Positions 36,771 to 48,787 of a DNA stretch of 64,000 nucleotides are shown here, piece after piece. Origin of the DNA: Dehalococcoidia bacterium (GTDB lineage Bacteria; Chloroflexota; Dehalococcoidia; Lucifugimonadales; UBA3495). Made by a program: the position numbers and the translations under genes. Position 1 is the stretch's first letter. Every line of letters starts with the position of its first letter. The notes beneath the pieces were generated by a model that was not told the DNA's origin, did not search any database, and worked only from the letters and a program-made list of their open reading frames with translations. Location of the stretch: positions 757,293-821,292 of the forward strand of contig CBDANO010000005.1 of assembly GCA_965197665.1 (NCBI GenBank), written 5' to 3'.

Positions 36771-37060
36771 GGCATAAAGCCTCCCGCCGCCTCCCCTACC
36801 ATTGCTCAAGCCGCCCAACCTTCCGGCGTCGGCGAGAGTACCCTGCGCCGTTGGCTCGAAAACTATCACACCCGAGGCGAGCTCACCCGTCTTCGCCAAG
36901 AGTTTGCCAACCTCGCCCACCAGGAACTCCAAGACCTCATGCCGGACCGCGTCGATACCGGCCTGTAAAATAGGCCCAGCATAAAGACGGCTCCTCGGTT
37001 TCAGAGCTTGTATCCCCCACCCGCCGATGATATACTCACGTAGCATAGTCCTTCCTTACT

Positions 37061-37090
37061 GAAAGCGGGGGTTGTCCCGCTTTCTTGTTG
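37061..37090 (+). terminator. Hairpin GAAAGCGGG-ggttgt-CCCGCTTTC followed by TTGTTG
   Basis: 9-bp perfect stem 290 nt after the cysteine synthase stop and 50 nt before nusA. The U-tract is weak. Confidence 0.45.
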
Positions 37091-37137
37091 AAGGAACCTA
37101 AGAGGGTTACGGGCAAGATCGGAAAGGAGGCATCGCT

Positions 37138-38718
37138 GTGAAAAGCGACTTTTTGATTGCGCTAACCCAGTTGGCTGCGGAACGCCACTTGCCTAAAGAA
37201 CAAGTGCTGCAGGCCATTGAAGTTGCTCTCGGTTCGGCTTTCAAAAAGGACAACCCGGCGTCGGGGCAGAATATCTCGGTCAAGCTCAACCCCAACACCG
37301 GTGAGGTCAGCGTCTACGCTTTCAAGACCGTGGTTGAAACCGTGGAAGACCCGGACCGGGAGATAAGCCTTCCCGACGCGCAACGCATCAAGCAAAGCGC
37401 CTCTTTGGGTGAAGAGGTGGCCGCTGAGGAGCCCCTGCCTCACAACGCCAGCCGAATCGCCGCTCAGACCGCCAAACAGGTGGTGTTACAGCGGTTGCGC
37501 GAGGCTGAAAGGGAGCTCCTCTATCAAGAGTTCTTCCAGCATCAGAACGACATCGTGTCCGGCGTAATTGAACAGACCGACGCCGGCCGGTCCATTACTT
37601 TGGACCTGGGCCGCGCTCAAGCCGTCCTGCCCTACGAGGAGCAGGTGCCCACCGAGCGGTACCGCAAGGGCCAACGCACCAAGGTCTATGTCCTGAGCGT
37701 ACGGAATAGCCCCAAAGGGCCTGAAATAATCGTCTCCCGCAGTCACAAGAATATGCTGAGACGCTTGTTCGAGATTGAAGTTCCCGAAGTGTACAACGGA
37801 GTCGTGGAAATACAAGCAATCGCTCGAGAGGCCGGATTTAGAAGCAAGGTGGCAGTCAATGCCACCCAGCAAGGCATCGACCCGGTGGGCTCCTGCATCG
37901 GCATTCGGGGCAACCGGATCCAAAGCATCGTCAACGAGCTACAAGGCGAGAAGATCGACGTAGTTTCTTGGGACAACGACCCCAAGATGTTTATATCCAA
38001 GGCTCTTAGCCCCTCCGAGCCGGTCCACGTCGAACTGTCCTCGGAGGACCAGGTCGCTATCGTGGTGGTCCCCGACCGGCAATTGTCCTTGGCAATCGGC
38101 AAAGAGGGGCAAAACACCCGCCTCGCCGCCCGGCTCACCGGTTGGCGGTTAGACATCAAAGGCCTCACCGAGTGGGAGGAACTCCGCGAGCGGCGCCTGC
38201 GGGAGTCTCAACAGAAAGTCGCCCAAGCCGCGGAAGGCTTAGGCAAGGAAACTGAGACGGCCGAAGAAGAAATACCCCTGGCGGTAGCCGAAGCCGAGCA
38301 GGTGGCCATCGAAGCCGAAGCAGCCATTTTGGAAGCGGAATCGGGAGTCACCGTGGAAGCCGCGGCGGAATTAGAGCCTGCGGCGGCTGAACAGGACGAG
38401 GACAAGATCCTCGAAGCATTGATACTGGAAGAAGAGCAAGTAACTCTCGAAGGCGGCGCGCCGGTCGAAGAAGAGGTTTCCGAAGGGTTTTCCGTGGAGG
38501 AACTAGCCACTTTTACCTTGGACGAGGTAGAGATCGAAGTTGAGGATAGCGAGCAGGTCGATTTCGAGCTCTTACCCACAATGCAGGTGCTTACTCCTGA
38601 CGCCGGGAAAATCCGATTCGCGGAAGACATAGTAGAAGAGACCCGGGGCGGCGGACGAAGGGACCGGAAGGGCCGCCGGGGGCCGGGGAACCGCGGGGCC
38701 CGGCGCGGGGGCCGCTAA
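37138..38718 (+). CDS. nusA: Transcription termination/antitermination factor NusA with acidic and RG-rich C-terminal extension
   Basis: GTG after GGAAAGGAGG. S1 and KH regions ([77 protein letters not shown]). Confidence 0.95.
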   Translation: MKSDFLIALTQLAAERHLPKEQVLQAIEVALGSAFKKDNPASGQNISVKLNPNTGEVSVYAFKTVVETVEDPDREISLPDAQRIKQSASLGEEVAAEEPLPHNASRIAAQTAKQVVLQRLREAERELLYQEFFQHQNDIVSGVIEQTDAGRSITLDLGRAQAVLPYEEQVPTERYRKGQRTKVYVLSVRNSPKGPEIIVSRSHKNMLRRLFEIEVPEVYNGVVEIQAIAREAGFRSKVAVNATQQGIDPVGSCIGIRGNRIQSIVNELQGEKIDVVSWDNDPKMFISKALSPSEPVHVELSSEDQVAIVVVPDRQLSLAIGKEGQNTRLAARLTGWRLDIKGLTEWEELRERRLRESQQKVAQAAEGLGKETETAEEEIPLAVAEAEQVAIEAEAAILEAESGVTVEAAAELEPAAAEQDEDKILEALILEEEQVTLEGGAPVEEEVSEGFSVEELATFTLDEVEIEVEDSEQVDFELLPTMQVLTPDAGKIRFAEDIVEETRGGGRRDRKGRRGPGNRGARRGGR

Positions 38719-38744
38719 CCGGCAACCCGCTTCCTAACAGGGAG

Positions 38745-39047
38745 GTGGCCTTGGTCAAGGGACGGCACACCCCACAACGCAGTTGCGTCGCCTGCGGTCA
38801 AAAACACGCCAAGAAAACACTGGTTCGAATTGTTAGAACGCCGCAGGGCGCGGTAACCGTCGACCTCACAGGGAAAAGCCCGGGCAGAGGCGCTTACTTG
38901 TGCCGGGCGCCGGCCTGTTGGGACCGGGGCATGAAAAAGGGTGTATTGGAACGAAGCCTCAAGCTTACCCTTTCGACTCAGGACAAAGCGGGACTGGTGA
39001 GTCTCTATCAGGAGACAGTCGTTGGTCAGCCCAACGAGGGACTATAG
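38745..39047 (+). CDS. ylxR: YlxR/RnpM (DUF448) family RNA-binding protein
   Basis: RSCVACGQKHAKKTLVRIV...GRGAYLC. Located between nusA and infB. TTG at 38751 has better RBS spacing than GTG 38745. Confidence 0.85.
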   Translation: MALVKGRHTPQRSCVACGQKHAKKTLVRIVRTPQGAVTVDLTGKSPGRGAYLCRAPACWDRGMKKGVLERSLKLTLSTQDKAGLVSLYQETVVGQPNEGL

Positions 39048-40886
39048 ATGACGTCAGACGGAAGGCCAACCACGGTCGATGAACGGGCCAGACCCGGCGG
39101 GGCGGGCCGCAGGCCCGGCGAAGGACGCCGCCAGTCCAAGACCCTGATGTTACCCCCAACGTTGACCGTGCAACGCTTGTCGGAGCTTATCGACCAAAAC
39201 CCCATCGACGTGATCAAGCAGTTGATGCGCAATGGCATCATGGCGGCCATGAACCAAGTCATCGACTATCAGGTAGCTACGGTGGTAACCAATGCTTACG
39301 GTATCCGGACCGCCCTAGCCGAGGCCGCCGAATCGGAAGGTCCCATTTCGACCGCCGGGGTGGGCGACCAGGACGCGGCCAACCTCACTTCCCGCCCCCC
39401 CGTGGTGACTATCTTGGGTCACGTTGACCACGGGAAGACGTCTCTTCTGGACACTATCCGGCGGACCCAGGTGGCTGAGGGTGAAGTTGGCGGTATTACC
39501 CAACATATCGGCGCTTACCAGGTCGATTTCCAGGGACAGCCGGTAACCTTTCTGGATACCCCGGGGCACGAGGCCTTTACGGCAATCCGGGCCCGCGGCG
39601 CTCGAATCACCGACATCGCTGTGCTGGTGGTCGCGGCCGACGATGGGCTAATGCCCCAGACCATCGAGGCTATCAACCACGCCAAGGCGGCCGAAGTTCC
39701 CATCGTAGTGGCCATAAACAAGATGGACCTCCCCGGGGCAGACCCGGAACGGGTCAAGCGCCAGCTAAGCGAACAGGACTTGCTGGTTGAAGACTGGGGC
39801 GGTGACATCGTCTCCGTGGAGCTATCCGCCCGTACCGGAGAAGGCATCGACGACCTGCTGGAGAACCTGATCGTCGTCGCCGAAGTGGCGGAACTCAAAG
39901 CCAATAAGGACAAGCCCGGCAGCGGAGTCGTCATCGAAGCAAAGTTGGACCGGAAGCGGGGTCCCACCGCCACGGTGTTGGTGCAGGACGGTGTCCTGGC
40001 GGCTGGGGACTACATTGTCGCCGGGGGATCGTGGGGCCGCGTCAAAGCAATAGGCGACGACCAAGGCAAGTCTGTTAAGCAAGTGTTTCCGGGGTCTCCC
40101 AGTGAAGTCCTGGGTTTCGGGTCTCTCCCGGAGGCCGGAGACCTGTTCTACGTAGCGCCAAACGAACGGGCCGCTCGAGGGGCGGTGGTACAACGGGAAA
40201 AGCTGCATTCCGCCCAGCAGGGCCAGGCCCGGGCTTTGACCTTGGACGAAGTAGTCAAGCAGATCGACGCCGGGGACGTAAAGGAACTGAACTTGGTATT
40301 GAAGGCCGACGTGCAGGGCAGCGTGGAAGCAATTCAACAATCGTTGGACGGCCTGTCTGCTGAGGACGCCAAGGTCCGCGTACTGCACAGCGCCTGCGGC
40401 AACGTGACCGAGTCCGACGTGATGCTGGCCAGTGCGTCGGAAGCAATCATCATCGGGTTCTCCATCGGCGTAGAAACCAGCGCCGAGCGTTTGGCCGACC
40501 GGATGGGCGTGGAGGTCCGGCGGTACAACATCATCTACCAGCTCATAGATGACATGGAGCAGGCGTTGCGCGGGATGTTGGACCCCGTATATACCGACGT
40601 CGTGCTTGGTCGGGCCGAAATCCGGGAGCTCTTTCCTTCACGCCGGGGCGTCCAAATCGCCGGATGCCGGGTCTTGGAGGGCCGCGTGACCCGGGGAGCT
40701 ACGGTGCGGGTTAAACGGGACGGTGAAGCCATTCACGAGACGACAATTGCCAGCCTGCGCCACTTCCGGGACGAAGTGAATGAAATGACGGCCGGCACCG
40801 AGTGCGGCATCATTCTTCAAGGATTCAACGACTTTCAAACCAACGACGTGCTGGAAGCCCACCGTCAGGAACCCGGCCGGCGATAA
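39048..40886 (+). CDS. infB: Translation initiation factor IF-2
   Basis: [36 protein letters not shown]-terminal domains conserved. Short RG-rich N-terminus. Confidence 0.95.
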   Translation: MTSDGRPTTVDERARPGGAGRRPGEGRRQSKTLMLPPTLTVQRLSELIDQNPIDVIKQLMRNGIMAAMNQVIDYQVATVVTNAYGIRTALAEAAESEGPISTAGVGDQDAANLTSRPPVVTILGHVDHGKTSLLDTIRRTQVAEGEVGGITQHIGAYQVDFQGQPVTFLDTPGHEAFTAIRARGARITDIAVLVVAADDGLMPQTIEAINHAKAAEVPIVVAINKMDLPGADPERVKRQLSEQDLLVEDWGGDIVSVELSARTGEGIDDLLENLIVVAEVAELKANKDKPGSGVVIEAKLDRKRGPTATVLVQDGVLAAGDYIVAGGSWGRVKAIGDDQGKSVKQVFPGSPSEVLGFGSLPEAGDLFYVAPNERAARGAVVQREKLHSAQQGQARALTLDEVVKQIDAGDVKELNLVLKADVQGSVEAIQQSLDGLSAEDAKVRVLHSACGNVTESDVMLASASEAIIIGFSIGVETSAERLADRMGVEVRRYNIIYQLIDDMEQALRGMLDPVYTDVVLGRAEIRELFPSRRGVQIAGCRVLEGRVTRGATVRVKRDGEAIHETTIASLRHFRDEVNEMTAGTECGIILQGFNDFQTNDVLEAHRQEPGRR

Positions 40887-40959
40887 ACTCTCCCAGGGTA
40901 GTACCGGCGTTCAATTCCTCTGCTGCCCACTCTCCCGCACGCTTTGAAGGAAGCCTCCG

Positions 40960-41376
40960 ATGCCCAGGCGTGTTGACCGCGTCAACGAATTACTACGCCA
41001 CGAAATCAGCCGGTTGCTTATCCTGCAGGCCAAGGACCCCCGCCTGCAGGGGGTGATTAGCGTCATGCGCGTGGTCACTTCCCCCGACCTGCGGGAGGCC
41101 CAAGTTTTCATCAGCGTCATGGGGGACGCGGCGACTAAGCAAAGGGCCTTGGACGGGATACGATCGGCCGCGGCTTTCCTGCAGCGGGAACTGCGCCCCA
41201 GGCTGACGCTGCGCTACACTCCCTTTTTGACCTTTGCCCTCGACGAATCCTTAGAGGAAGGGAACCACGTCCTGGATCTCATGGACCGCATCCGGGATAG
41301 CGGCGCCCAAGGAACGGGGCCTTATGATGATGATAGCTACGTAGGCCCCCTGACCCTGCCGTCGAACAAGGGCTAA
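40960..41376 (+). CDS. rbfA: Ribosome-binding factor A
   Basis: RVNELLRHEISRLL...DPRL.GVISVMRVVTSPDLREAQVFISV. Confidence 0.9.
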   Translation: MPRRVDRVNELLRHEISRLLILQAKDPRLQGVISVMRVVTSPDLREAQVFISVMGDAATKQRALDGIRSAAAFLQRELRPRLTLRYTPFLTFALDESLEEGNHVLDLMDRIRDSGAQGTGPYDDDSYVGPLTLPSNKG

Positions 41377-41379
41377 CGT

Positions 41380-42357
41380 ATGCCCAGAATGAAGAACAGC
41401 GGGCCGGCGTTATTCAATGGCTTCATCAACCTCTACAAGCCCGCCGGCATCACGTCAATGGAAGCGCTGCGGCGGGTGAAGCGAATCACCGGCCAACGCA
41501 ATAAAGTAGGCCACGGCGGGACCATCGATCCCTTGGCCCAAGGGGTTCTCCCCGTCTGCTTGGGCCAAGCGACCCGCCTCATGGACTACGTGGTTGACGG
41601 TCCCAAAAGGTACCGGCTGGAGATCAAATTCGGGGTAACCACCACCACCTTCGACAGCGAAGGCGATGTCGTAAAAAGCGTGGAAGTCACCGAGTCGACT
41701 CTGCCTCGCGAGGCGGTGGAACAGGCGGCCCAATCCTTCCTCGGCCTCATCGACCAGATGCCGCCGATGTACAGCGCGGTTAAGGTCCAGGGTCAAAGAC
41801 TCTACAAATTGGCCCGGGCCGGAATCGAAGTGGAAAGGCAACCCCGGCCGGTGGAAATCTACAGCATAAACGTAGCGGCATACTCTCCTCCCATTCTCAC
41901 GTTGGAAGTGGAGAGCGGACGCGGCGTCTACATGCGGTCGCTGGCCCACGACTTGGGCGAAGCCCTGGGGTGCGGCGGGCACGTCGCCGGCCTAGTCCGC
42001 GTCACTTGCGGCAAGTTCGACGCGGCAGAGTCGGTGACTATAGAGGGACTAGAGCAAGCCGCCTCCCAGGCCGATGGATGGGAAGCATTATTGCACCCCT
42101 TGGACTGGGTCTTGCGGGACTTGCGAAGCATTACGGTGGGAAGCCAAGCCGAACAGTACCTGCGCCACGGCCAGTCGATTAGCCTTGGAGGCGCCTTCGT
42201 AGACGCCGGGTACATGGAGCCGTTTCGAGCTTACAGCAATCGGGGCCACTTCTTGGCTATAGTTAGGTTCGACCGGTCATCGAACACTTGGCGGCCCGTA
42301 AAGGTTTTCCAGACCGATTCTTCATCCCCCTTCGCTCCGGTCTCCTCCCTTGCCTGA
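41380..42357 (+). CDS. truB: tRNA pseudouridine-55 synthase
   Basis: GFINLYKPAGITS, KVGHGGTIDPLAQGVLPVCLG.ATR, PPMYSAVKVQGQRLYKLAR. Confidence 0.9.
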   Translation: MPRMKNSGPALFNGFINLYKPAGITSMEALRRVKRITGQRNKVGHGGTIDPLAQGVLPVCLGQATRLMDYVVDGPKRYRLEIKFGVTTTTFDSEGDVVKSVEVTESTLPREAVEQAAQSFLGLIDQMPPMYSAVKVQGQRLYKLARAGIEVERQPRPVEIYSINVAAYSPPILTLEVESGRGVYMRSLAHDLGEALGCGGHVAGLVRVTCGKFDAAESVTIEGLEQAASQADGWEALLHPLDWVLRDLRSITVGSQAEQYLRHGQSISLGGAFVDAGYMEPFRAYSNRGHFLAIVRFDRSSNTWRPVKVFQTDSSSPFAPVSSLA

Positions 42358-42480
42358 TACTTCCCGGGAGTTCACCCGGGCGGCCGCCGTCTCCTCATCT
42401 AACCTCGGGCCGTTGAACTTGGGAAACCGCCAGGCTTGAAATTCGAAGTTTCGCACCCCGCAATTACCGCCTAGCTACAC

Positions 42481-42508
42481 TTGACAAAACCTACTACGCC
42501 TGTATATT
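42481..42508 (+). promoter_or_regulatory. Near-consensus promoter TTGACA-16 nt-TATATT
   Basis: TTGACA at 42481..42486 and TATATT at 42503..42508. About 195 nt upstream of the DUF5679 ATG. Confidence 0.5.
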
Positions 42509-42704
42509 GAGAGCGATTATGTTAAGCGGCCTACCTACGGGTCCCTCGCCGCTGTTCCCGGCGCGAAGAACGTTGATAACGCGGGGCTAACGGCTTGGGA
42601 AGCCGCTGCCCCTGCGTTTCGCGCAGGGAGGCCGGCTTTCGGCAGCACCATACCACGCTAGGCGTTCTCTCAGTTGCACTCAAAAATGGATAGGGGTCGA
42701 TACC

Positions 42705-42845
42705 ATGGAGGCATATTGCTTCAAATGCCGGAGCAAACGGGAGATTTCTAATCCGCAGCAAGTAACCCTAAAGAACGGACGACCTGCCACACAAGGCGTG
42801 TGTCCCATCTGCGGGACAAAAGTCTTCCGCATCGGGAAAGCTTAA
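42705..42845 (+). CDS. DUF5679-type zinc-ribbon mini-protein (46 aa), not in the supplied ORF track
   Basis: Own translation: MEAYCFKCRSKREISNPQQVTLKNGRPATQGVCPICGTKVFRIGKA. Pattern CxxC...CxxC...FRIG. The antisense ORF 42531..42761 is rejected. Confidence 0.7.
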   Translation: MEAYCFKCRSKREISNPQQVTLKNGRPATQGVCPICGTKVFRIGKA

Positions 42846-42875
42846 CCAACTTTAGATCGGAGGACGGCCGGCGGT

Positions 42876-43571
42876 TTACAACGGCGCGGCCCCCGATTGA
42901 GGTATAGCAAAGGACTCGAACCCAAGACGCGCCAGCAAGCTTTGCGGGTTCAGTTCCAAGAGGGAGCGGGCCTCTTCTTCGGTGAGACCCGCTCCTAAAG
43001 CTACTTGGCGAGCAAAGGACGGCGTCAACAAGTCATCGGGTTCGTGAGCGTCCGAATCCAATACCGTAAGAGCGCCGGCCTCTTTGGCCACTTTGACCAC
43101 GTGGCCGTTGGTGAGGCTGTGGCCCTTGCGGGCGGACACCTCCAAGTAGACGCCATTTTCCGCAGCCCAGCGGGCTTCTTCATACCGGATCAGTCCGGGA
43201 TGAGCCAGAATATCCACGGCGGAGGACCTAACCGCCGCTTCATTGGTCCCCGGTACCACGGGTTCCACTACAGTCTCTCCATGGACCGTAACCATCGCGG
43301 CCCCCAGGTCCTTGGCGGTGCGGGCCACTAGGTCAATATCCTCCTTGGGAACGTGGGTGACCTCGACGCCGGGCAATGCCAAGATATCCCATCGTTTGGT
43401 GGCCTCGCCGCAGTCCGTGACCAAGGTCTTGACAACAAATTCCAAGTTTCCCAAACCAACGTGGTCGGTAACGGCCATAGCCCTATACCCGCGAACGTGG
43501 GCCCGCCGGATCAACTCGATGGGGGATAGTACTCCGTCGCTAAGAAAAGTATGGGTGTGAAAATCGTACAT
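42876..43571 (-). CDS. PHP-family metal-dependent phosphoesterase
   Basis: MYDFHTHTFLSDG...AVTDH...THVP...TVHGE...DSDAH. ORF 42876..43667 trimmed to ATG 43571, preceded by GAGG. Confidence 0.8.
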   Translation of the reverse strand: MYDFHTHTFLSDGVLSPIELIRRAHVRGYRAMAVTDHVGLGNLEFVVKTLVTDCGEATKRWDILALPGVEVTHVPKEDIDLVARTAKDLGAAMVTVHGETVVEPVVPGTNEAAVRSSAVDILAHPGLIRYEEARWAAENGVYLEVSARKGHSLTNGHVVKVAKEAGALTVLDSDAHEPDDLLTPSFARQVALGAGLTEEEARSLLELNPQSLLARLGFESFAIPQSGAAPL

Positions 43572-43953
43572 AGCCGCCTCTGTACCGCCGCTTGCGCCCG
43601 CCGGGGCTTGTTCAGCTTTTACGGGGTCCGGACCCACCGGCGGATATAGGAAATTAGCCGCCGGCAAAAGGACCCCGTCATAATTATACCGGCATTATAC
43701 CGGGTATTAAGGACACGCCGCCGTGCTCTTAGCGGTCAGCGCGCCGGTAATCCACCCAACTTCCTTTTTCAAGCATCCCATTTCAACCCCGCCGCACCTA
43801 AGGAGTCCGGACTCACCCGCAGGTCCGCAAGGCCGGAGTCACTATGGCCGGGGCAAACCGGCAGCGGGAACTAGGTGGCAATACCAACGACGGTATTAAA
43901 TTAAGGCGTAGGGGAAAGACCAGGACTGAAGCACCGAGGGAAATCGGACGGCA

Positions 43954-44319
43954 ATGAGTCAGTCAATCGGGACCGGGACCGAGTCCACATCCCCGGTCAC
44001 TTGCGGCCGCTGTGGGCGAACAATTCGCCGAGGGTGGAGCTTTGCTTTCCAGTCCGGCCGGGGAGCGGCTGGGGCGAACGGTGAAACATCGCCAATTCAA
44101 GTCTCCAAGTGCGTCAGGTGCGCCCTTTTCCACAAGCCCATGCTCAAACGTTCTTTGATAGTGGCTGTGGTCGTGGGAACGATTCTAACCCTAGTGAATC
44201 AGGGCGACACGGTATTCGCCGGCGATTGGAAAAGCTCCCATTACTGGAAAGTGCCGTTAACCTTTTGCGTACCCTTCTGCGTGGCGACTTACGGCGCTCT
44301 AACCAATAGCCGTCGATAA
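43954..44319 (+). CDS. NrtS-family small membrane protein with N-terminal Cys-rich extension
   Basis: LKRSLIVAVVVGTILTLVNQGDTVFAG...WKVPLTFCVPFCVATYGAL matches the NrtS core. It is preceded by CGRCG...CVRC (~60 aa). Confidence 0.65.
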   Translation: MSQSIGTGTESTSPVTCGRCGRTIRRGWSFAFQSGRGAAGANGETSPIQVSKCVRCALFHKPMLKRSLIVAVVVGTILTLVNQGDTVFAGDWKSSHYWKVPLTFCVPFCVATYGALTNSRR

Positions 44320-44399
44320 GGGGCGGTACATCCCGGAGTTTGCCAGCGAGCGCGACCGGACCAACTATGTGCTCCGGTACCGGGCCAAACCTAGACCGA

Positions 44400-45053
44400 C
44401 TATCCGAGTTTGCGGATTACAGCCACTACTTTGCCATGGACTTCCACGTTATCGGGGGGGTAATACATAGGCTCCATGGCGCTGTTAGCCGGTTGAAGCC
44501 GCACTTGACTTCCTTCATGGTAGAATTTCTTCAGAGTGGCTTCTTCTTCCGATATGAGCCAGGCGACCACCATCTCGCCATTGGCCGCCCCAGGCCCCGG
44601 CTTGACTATGACAACGTCCCCGTCGTCGATCAACGCGTCGATCATAGATGTTCCGTTTACGGTTAGGCCGTAAAGCTTGCCATAGCGCCGGGGTAAATCG
44701 GGGGACACCTCAATAGTGTCGAACTCCGCGCTGGAAGCCGCCGCCTCCGTGGAAAACACCGGGATGGGCATCCCCGCCGCGATGGCCCCCACGATCTGCA
44801 CTTTAGGAACGCCGGAGGTTGGTCTGCCGCTCTCATCCAGCAACTCGATGCCCCGGGCCACGTCCGGCCGCCGGTTCAAGTAGCCGGCCTGCCTTAGCTT
44901 GTGCAGGTTGTAGTCCACCACCGAGGTGGAGCTGACATCGCAGGCTTTCTGAATGTCCCGAATCGTTGGGGGTATCCCGCTCTCGGAGATGAAATCCTGG
45001 ATGAAGTCAAGAATCTTCTGACGCCGCGGAGAGAGTTTCTTCTTCCCTAACAT
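44400..45053 (-). CDS. lexA: LexA repressor
   Basis: N-terminal wHTH (RRQKILDFIQDFISESGIPPTIRDIQ), cleavage site VGAIAAG, S24 peptidase VNGTSM...GD.VIVK. Confidence 0.92.
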   Translation of the reverse strand: MLGKKKLSPRRQKILDFIQDFISESGIPPTIRDIQKACDVSSTSVVDYNLHKLRQAGYLNRRPDVARGIELLDESGRPTSGVPKVQIVGAIAAGMPIPVFSTEAAASSAEFDTIEVSPDLPRRYGKLYGLTVNGTSMIDALIDDGDVVIVKPGPGAANGEMVVAWLISEEEATLKKFYHEGSQVRLQPANSAMEPMYYPPDNVEVHGKVVAVIRKLG

Positions 45054-45080
45054 GCAATACCTGCTCTAATAACCTTAGTG

Positions 45081-45092
45081 AAACCTTTGTTC
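45081..45092 (-). promoter_or_regulatory. Candidate SOS box GAACAAAGGTTT (GAAC-N4-GTTC type, 1 mismatch)
   Basis: On the lexA-coding strand, 28-39 nt upstream of the lexA ATG. Confidence 0.45.
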
Positions 45093-45274
45093 TGCGCCCA
45101 CGCTATCAAGAGGGACTCCAAGTGTCAATAACATGGTGTCACGTTCTTGCCCGGATCATTTCGCGGGAAAGGCGCAAGTGGCGGAAGCGGTCGATACTAA
45201 AAGAGGGGCGGCGCCCGTCGGGACGCTCATAAGTCGCCGGGGCGTGGTAGAGGGCGCGAGGCCTGAAGACCGGC

Positions 45275-45523
45275 CTAGAGTTTGTTGAGCCTGGCTGAGA
45301 TACGCGACTTTCGCCGGGCCGCGGACTTCTTGTGCATGACCCCTTTTCGCGCGGCGCGGTCGAGGGTGCTGACCGCATCCCGCACCGCCACCGCGGCCAC
45401 ATCGGCGTCGCCCGCATCCACCGACCGCAGGGCTTTAGCGACGGCGGTGCGGGCGGCGGTCCGAACGCTGCCGTTGCGCTTGGCGCGTTTCAAAGACTGG
45501 CGGCCGGCTTTTCTAGCGGGCAA
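45275..45523 (-). CDS. rpsT: 30S ribosomal protein S20
   Basis: TTG start 6 nt after AGGAGG. KRAKRNGSVRTAARTAVAKA...LDRAARKGVMHKKSAARRKSR. Confidence 0.9.
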   Translation of the reverse strand: MPARKAGRQSLKRAKRNGSVRTAARTAVAKALRSVDAGDADVAAVAVRDAVSTLDRAARKGVMHKKSAARRKSRISARLNKL

Positions 45524-45547
45524 GTTGTTCCTCCTAATACCTTCGGC

Positions 45548-47527
<1,980 letters not shown>

Positions 47528-47800
47528 CTAAACGAAAGAAGCAGCATGAAGCCGCTGCTTTAGCTTGAACAACGTATAGAAATTATACCAGATTCGAAGC
47601 TAATTTGCCGCCAAAATCGGGTCCAATTCCGGGACAATCCGACTTCGTGTCAATCTTTAGAAAGCAATCATGGAGCGGGGCTCCGGTTCCCCGGCCTTCC
47701 GGCCCGAGGAGAGCCTCCATGGGACCTGCCGTTGGTAACCGGCAGCGGTCGAGTTCCGGCTTTGGCCGCGGGAACCTCGCCCAGCGGCGGCATTGACCCT

Positions 47801-48472
47801 CTAGGCCGGAAAGATTCGGGTGTAGACTCCGGGAGAGCCGGCGGCGTGGGCCATTTCGCCCCGGACGACGTCCGACCAGACCGGCGTCCTAGCGGTACGC
47901 CAAGCCTCCCACTCGGGGCTTTCCGGTACCTGGACCGACTCCAATTCGTGCAGCGTCGTATACTTGGGATCACCCATCAGGGCTTGGAACCGGCGTCCCC
48001 GGATGTAGCCGGGTATGTCGTAGCACATGGGCAGCCGCTCCGTGTTGTATGCCTGGTTAAACTGGGCCTCCACCTCCGGAGGGACCGTCATGCGACCAAC
48101 CAGCATCACCGGCGCCATGTCCGCGCTTGACGTGTCCTCGGAAACGCTCTCAGGATAAATGAGCCGGTACAGTACTCGAAAGTAATTGGTCCCAACGACG
48201 CTGGGCGACATCCGCTGCGACCACTCGGTCGGGTTGTTCAACCGACTCTGCCAAGCCGCCGAGTGCCACGTGCCGGGATCATCGAGCTCGTAGCAAGCTA
48301 AGTATTTGGGGCCGCCTTGGACCGCCGCGTACCGGGCCGCGTTCAGCACGCCGGTAATGGCGAGCCTTTCCGCTAGGTGCTCTTCGTTGTACCAGCGGTT
48401 GAACTCCTCTTCGTGCTCGGGCGCGACGTCGGTATAAACCATGAGCAGACCGAGGCCCTTCTTGGGTGTCAT
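47801..48472 (-). CDS. Conserved hypothetical protein, two tandem EthD/ABM-like halves
   Basis: Good RBS (AGGAGGG). Internal repeat pattern ...EEFNRWYNEEHL... / ...EAQFNQAYNTERL.... The family assignment is tentative. Confidence 0.55.
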   Translation of the reverse strand: MTPKKGLGLLMVYTDVAPEHEEEFNRWYNEEHLAERLAITGVLNAARYAAVQGGPKYLACYELDDPGTWHSAAWQSRLNNPTEWSQRMSPSVVGTNYFRVLYRLIYPESVSEDTSSADMAPVMLVGRMTVPPEVEAQFNQAYNTERLPMCYDIPGYIRGRRFQALMGDPKYTTLHELESVQVPESPEWEAWRTARTPVWSDVVRGEMAHAAGSPGVYTRIFPA

Positions 48473-48787
48473 CTTGAACCCTCCTGATTGCCCGGAATTT
48501 TGCCGGGGTAATGAAAGGCGGAGAGGCGCGTCACTTGCCCCGATTGCTCGAATCTATCAGGGCGGCGGACCCGGAAAATAGCGGCGGTTTGTCCGCAAGC
48601 TATCCAAAGCGAACCCTACGGCGTGAAACAACGGCTCCGGTAGATCTTCCAAGCTAAACCAACCCCACTGGGAGGACCCCACCAACGCCCACCTGGGGCC
48701 GACCCCCTTGTCCCGTCATGCAGCCGAGTATATCACGTGCCCATGACAGTGAAGGGGACAGCCGCCTATACTACTGACCGTTGAGCT

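Noticed and set aside
36606-37046. ORF 36606..37046 (-), 146 aa.
   Set aside because: Its 3' part overlaps the end of the strongly supported cysteine synthase gene on the opposite strand. The composition is not protein-like and no motifs are present.
42531-42761. ORF 42531..42761 (-), 76 aa.
   Set aside because: It overlaps the promoter-proximal leader and the start of the plus-strand zinc-ribbon mini-gene, which has a recognisable family pattern. The sequence is Arg-rich and implausible.
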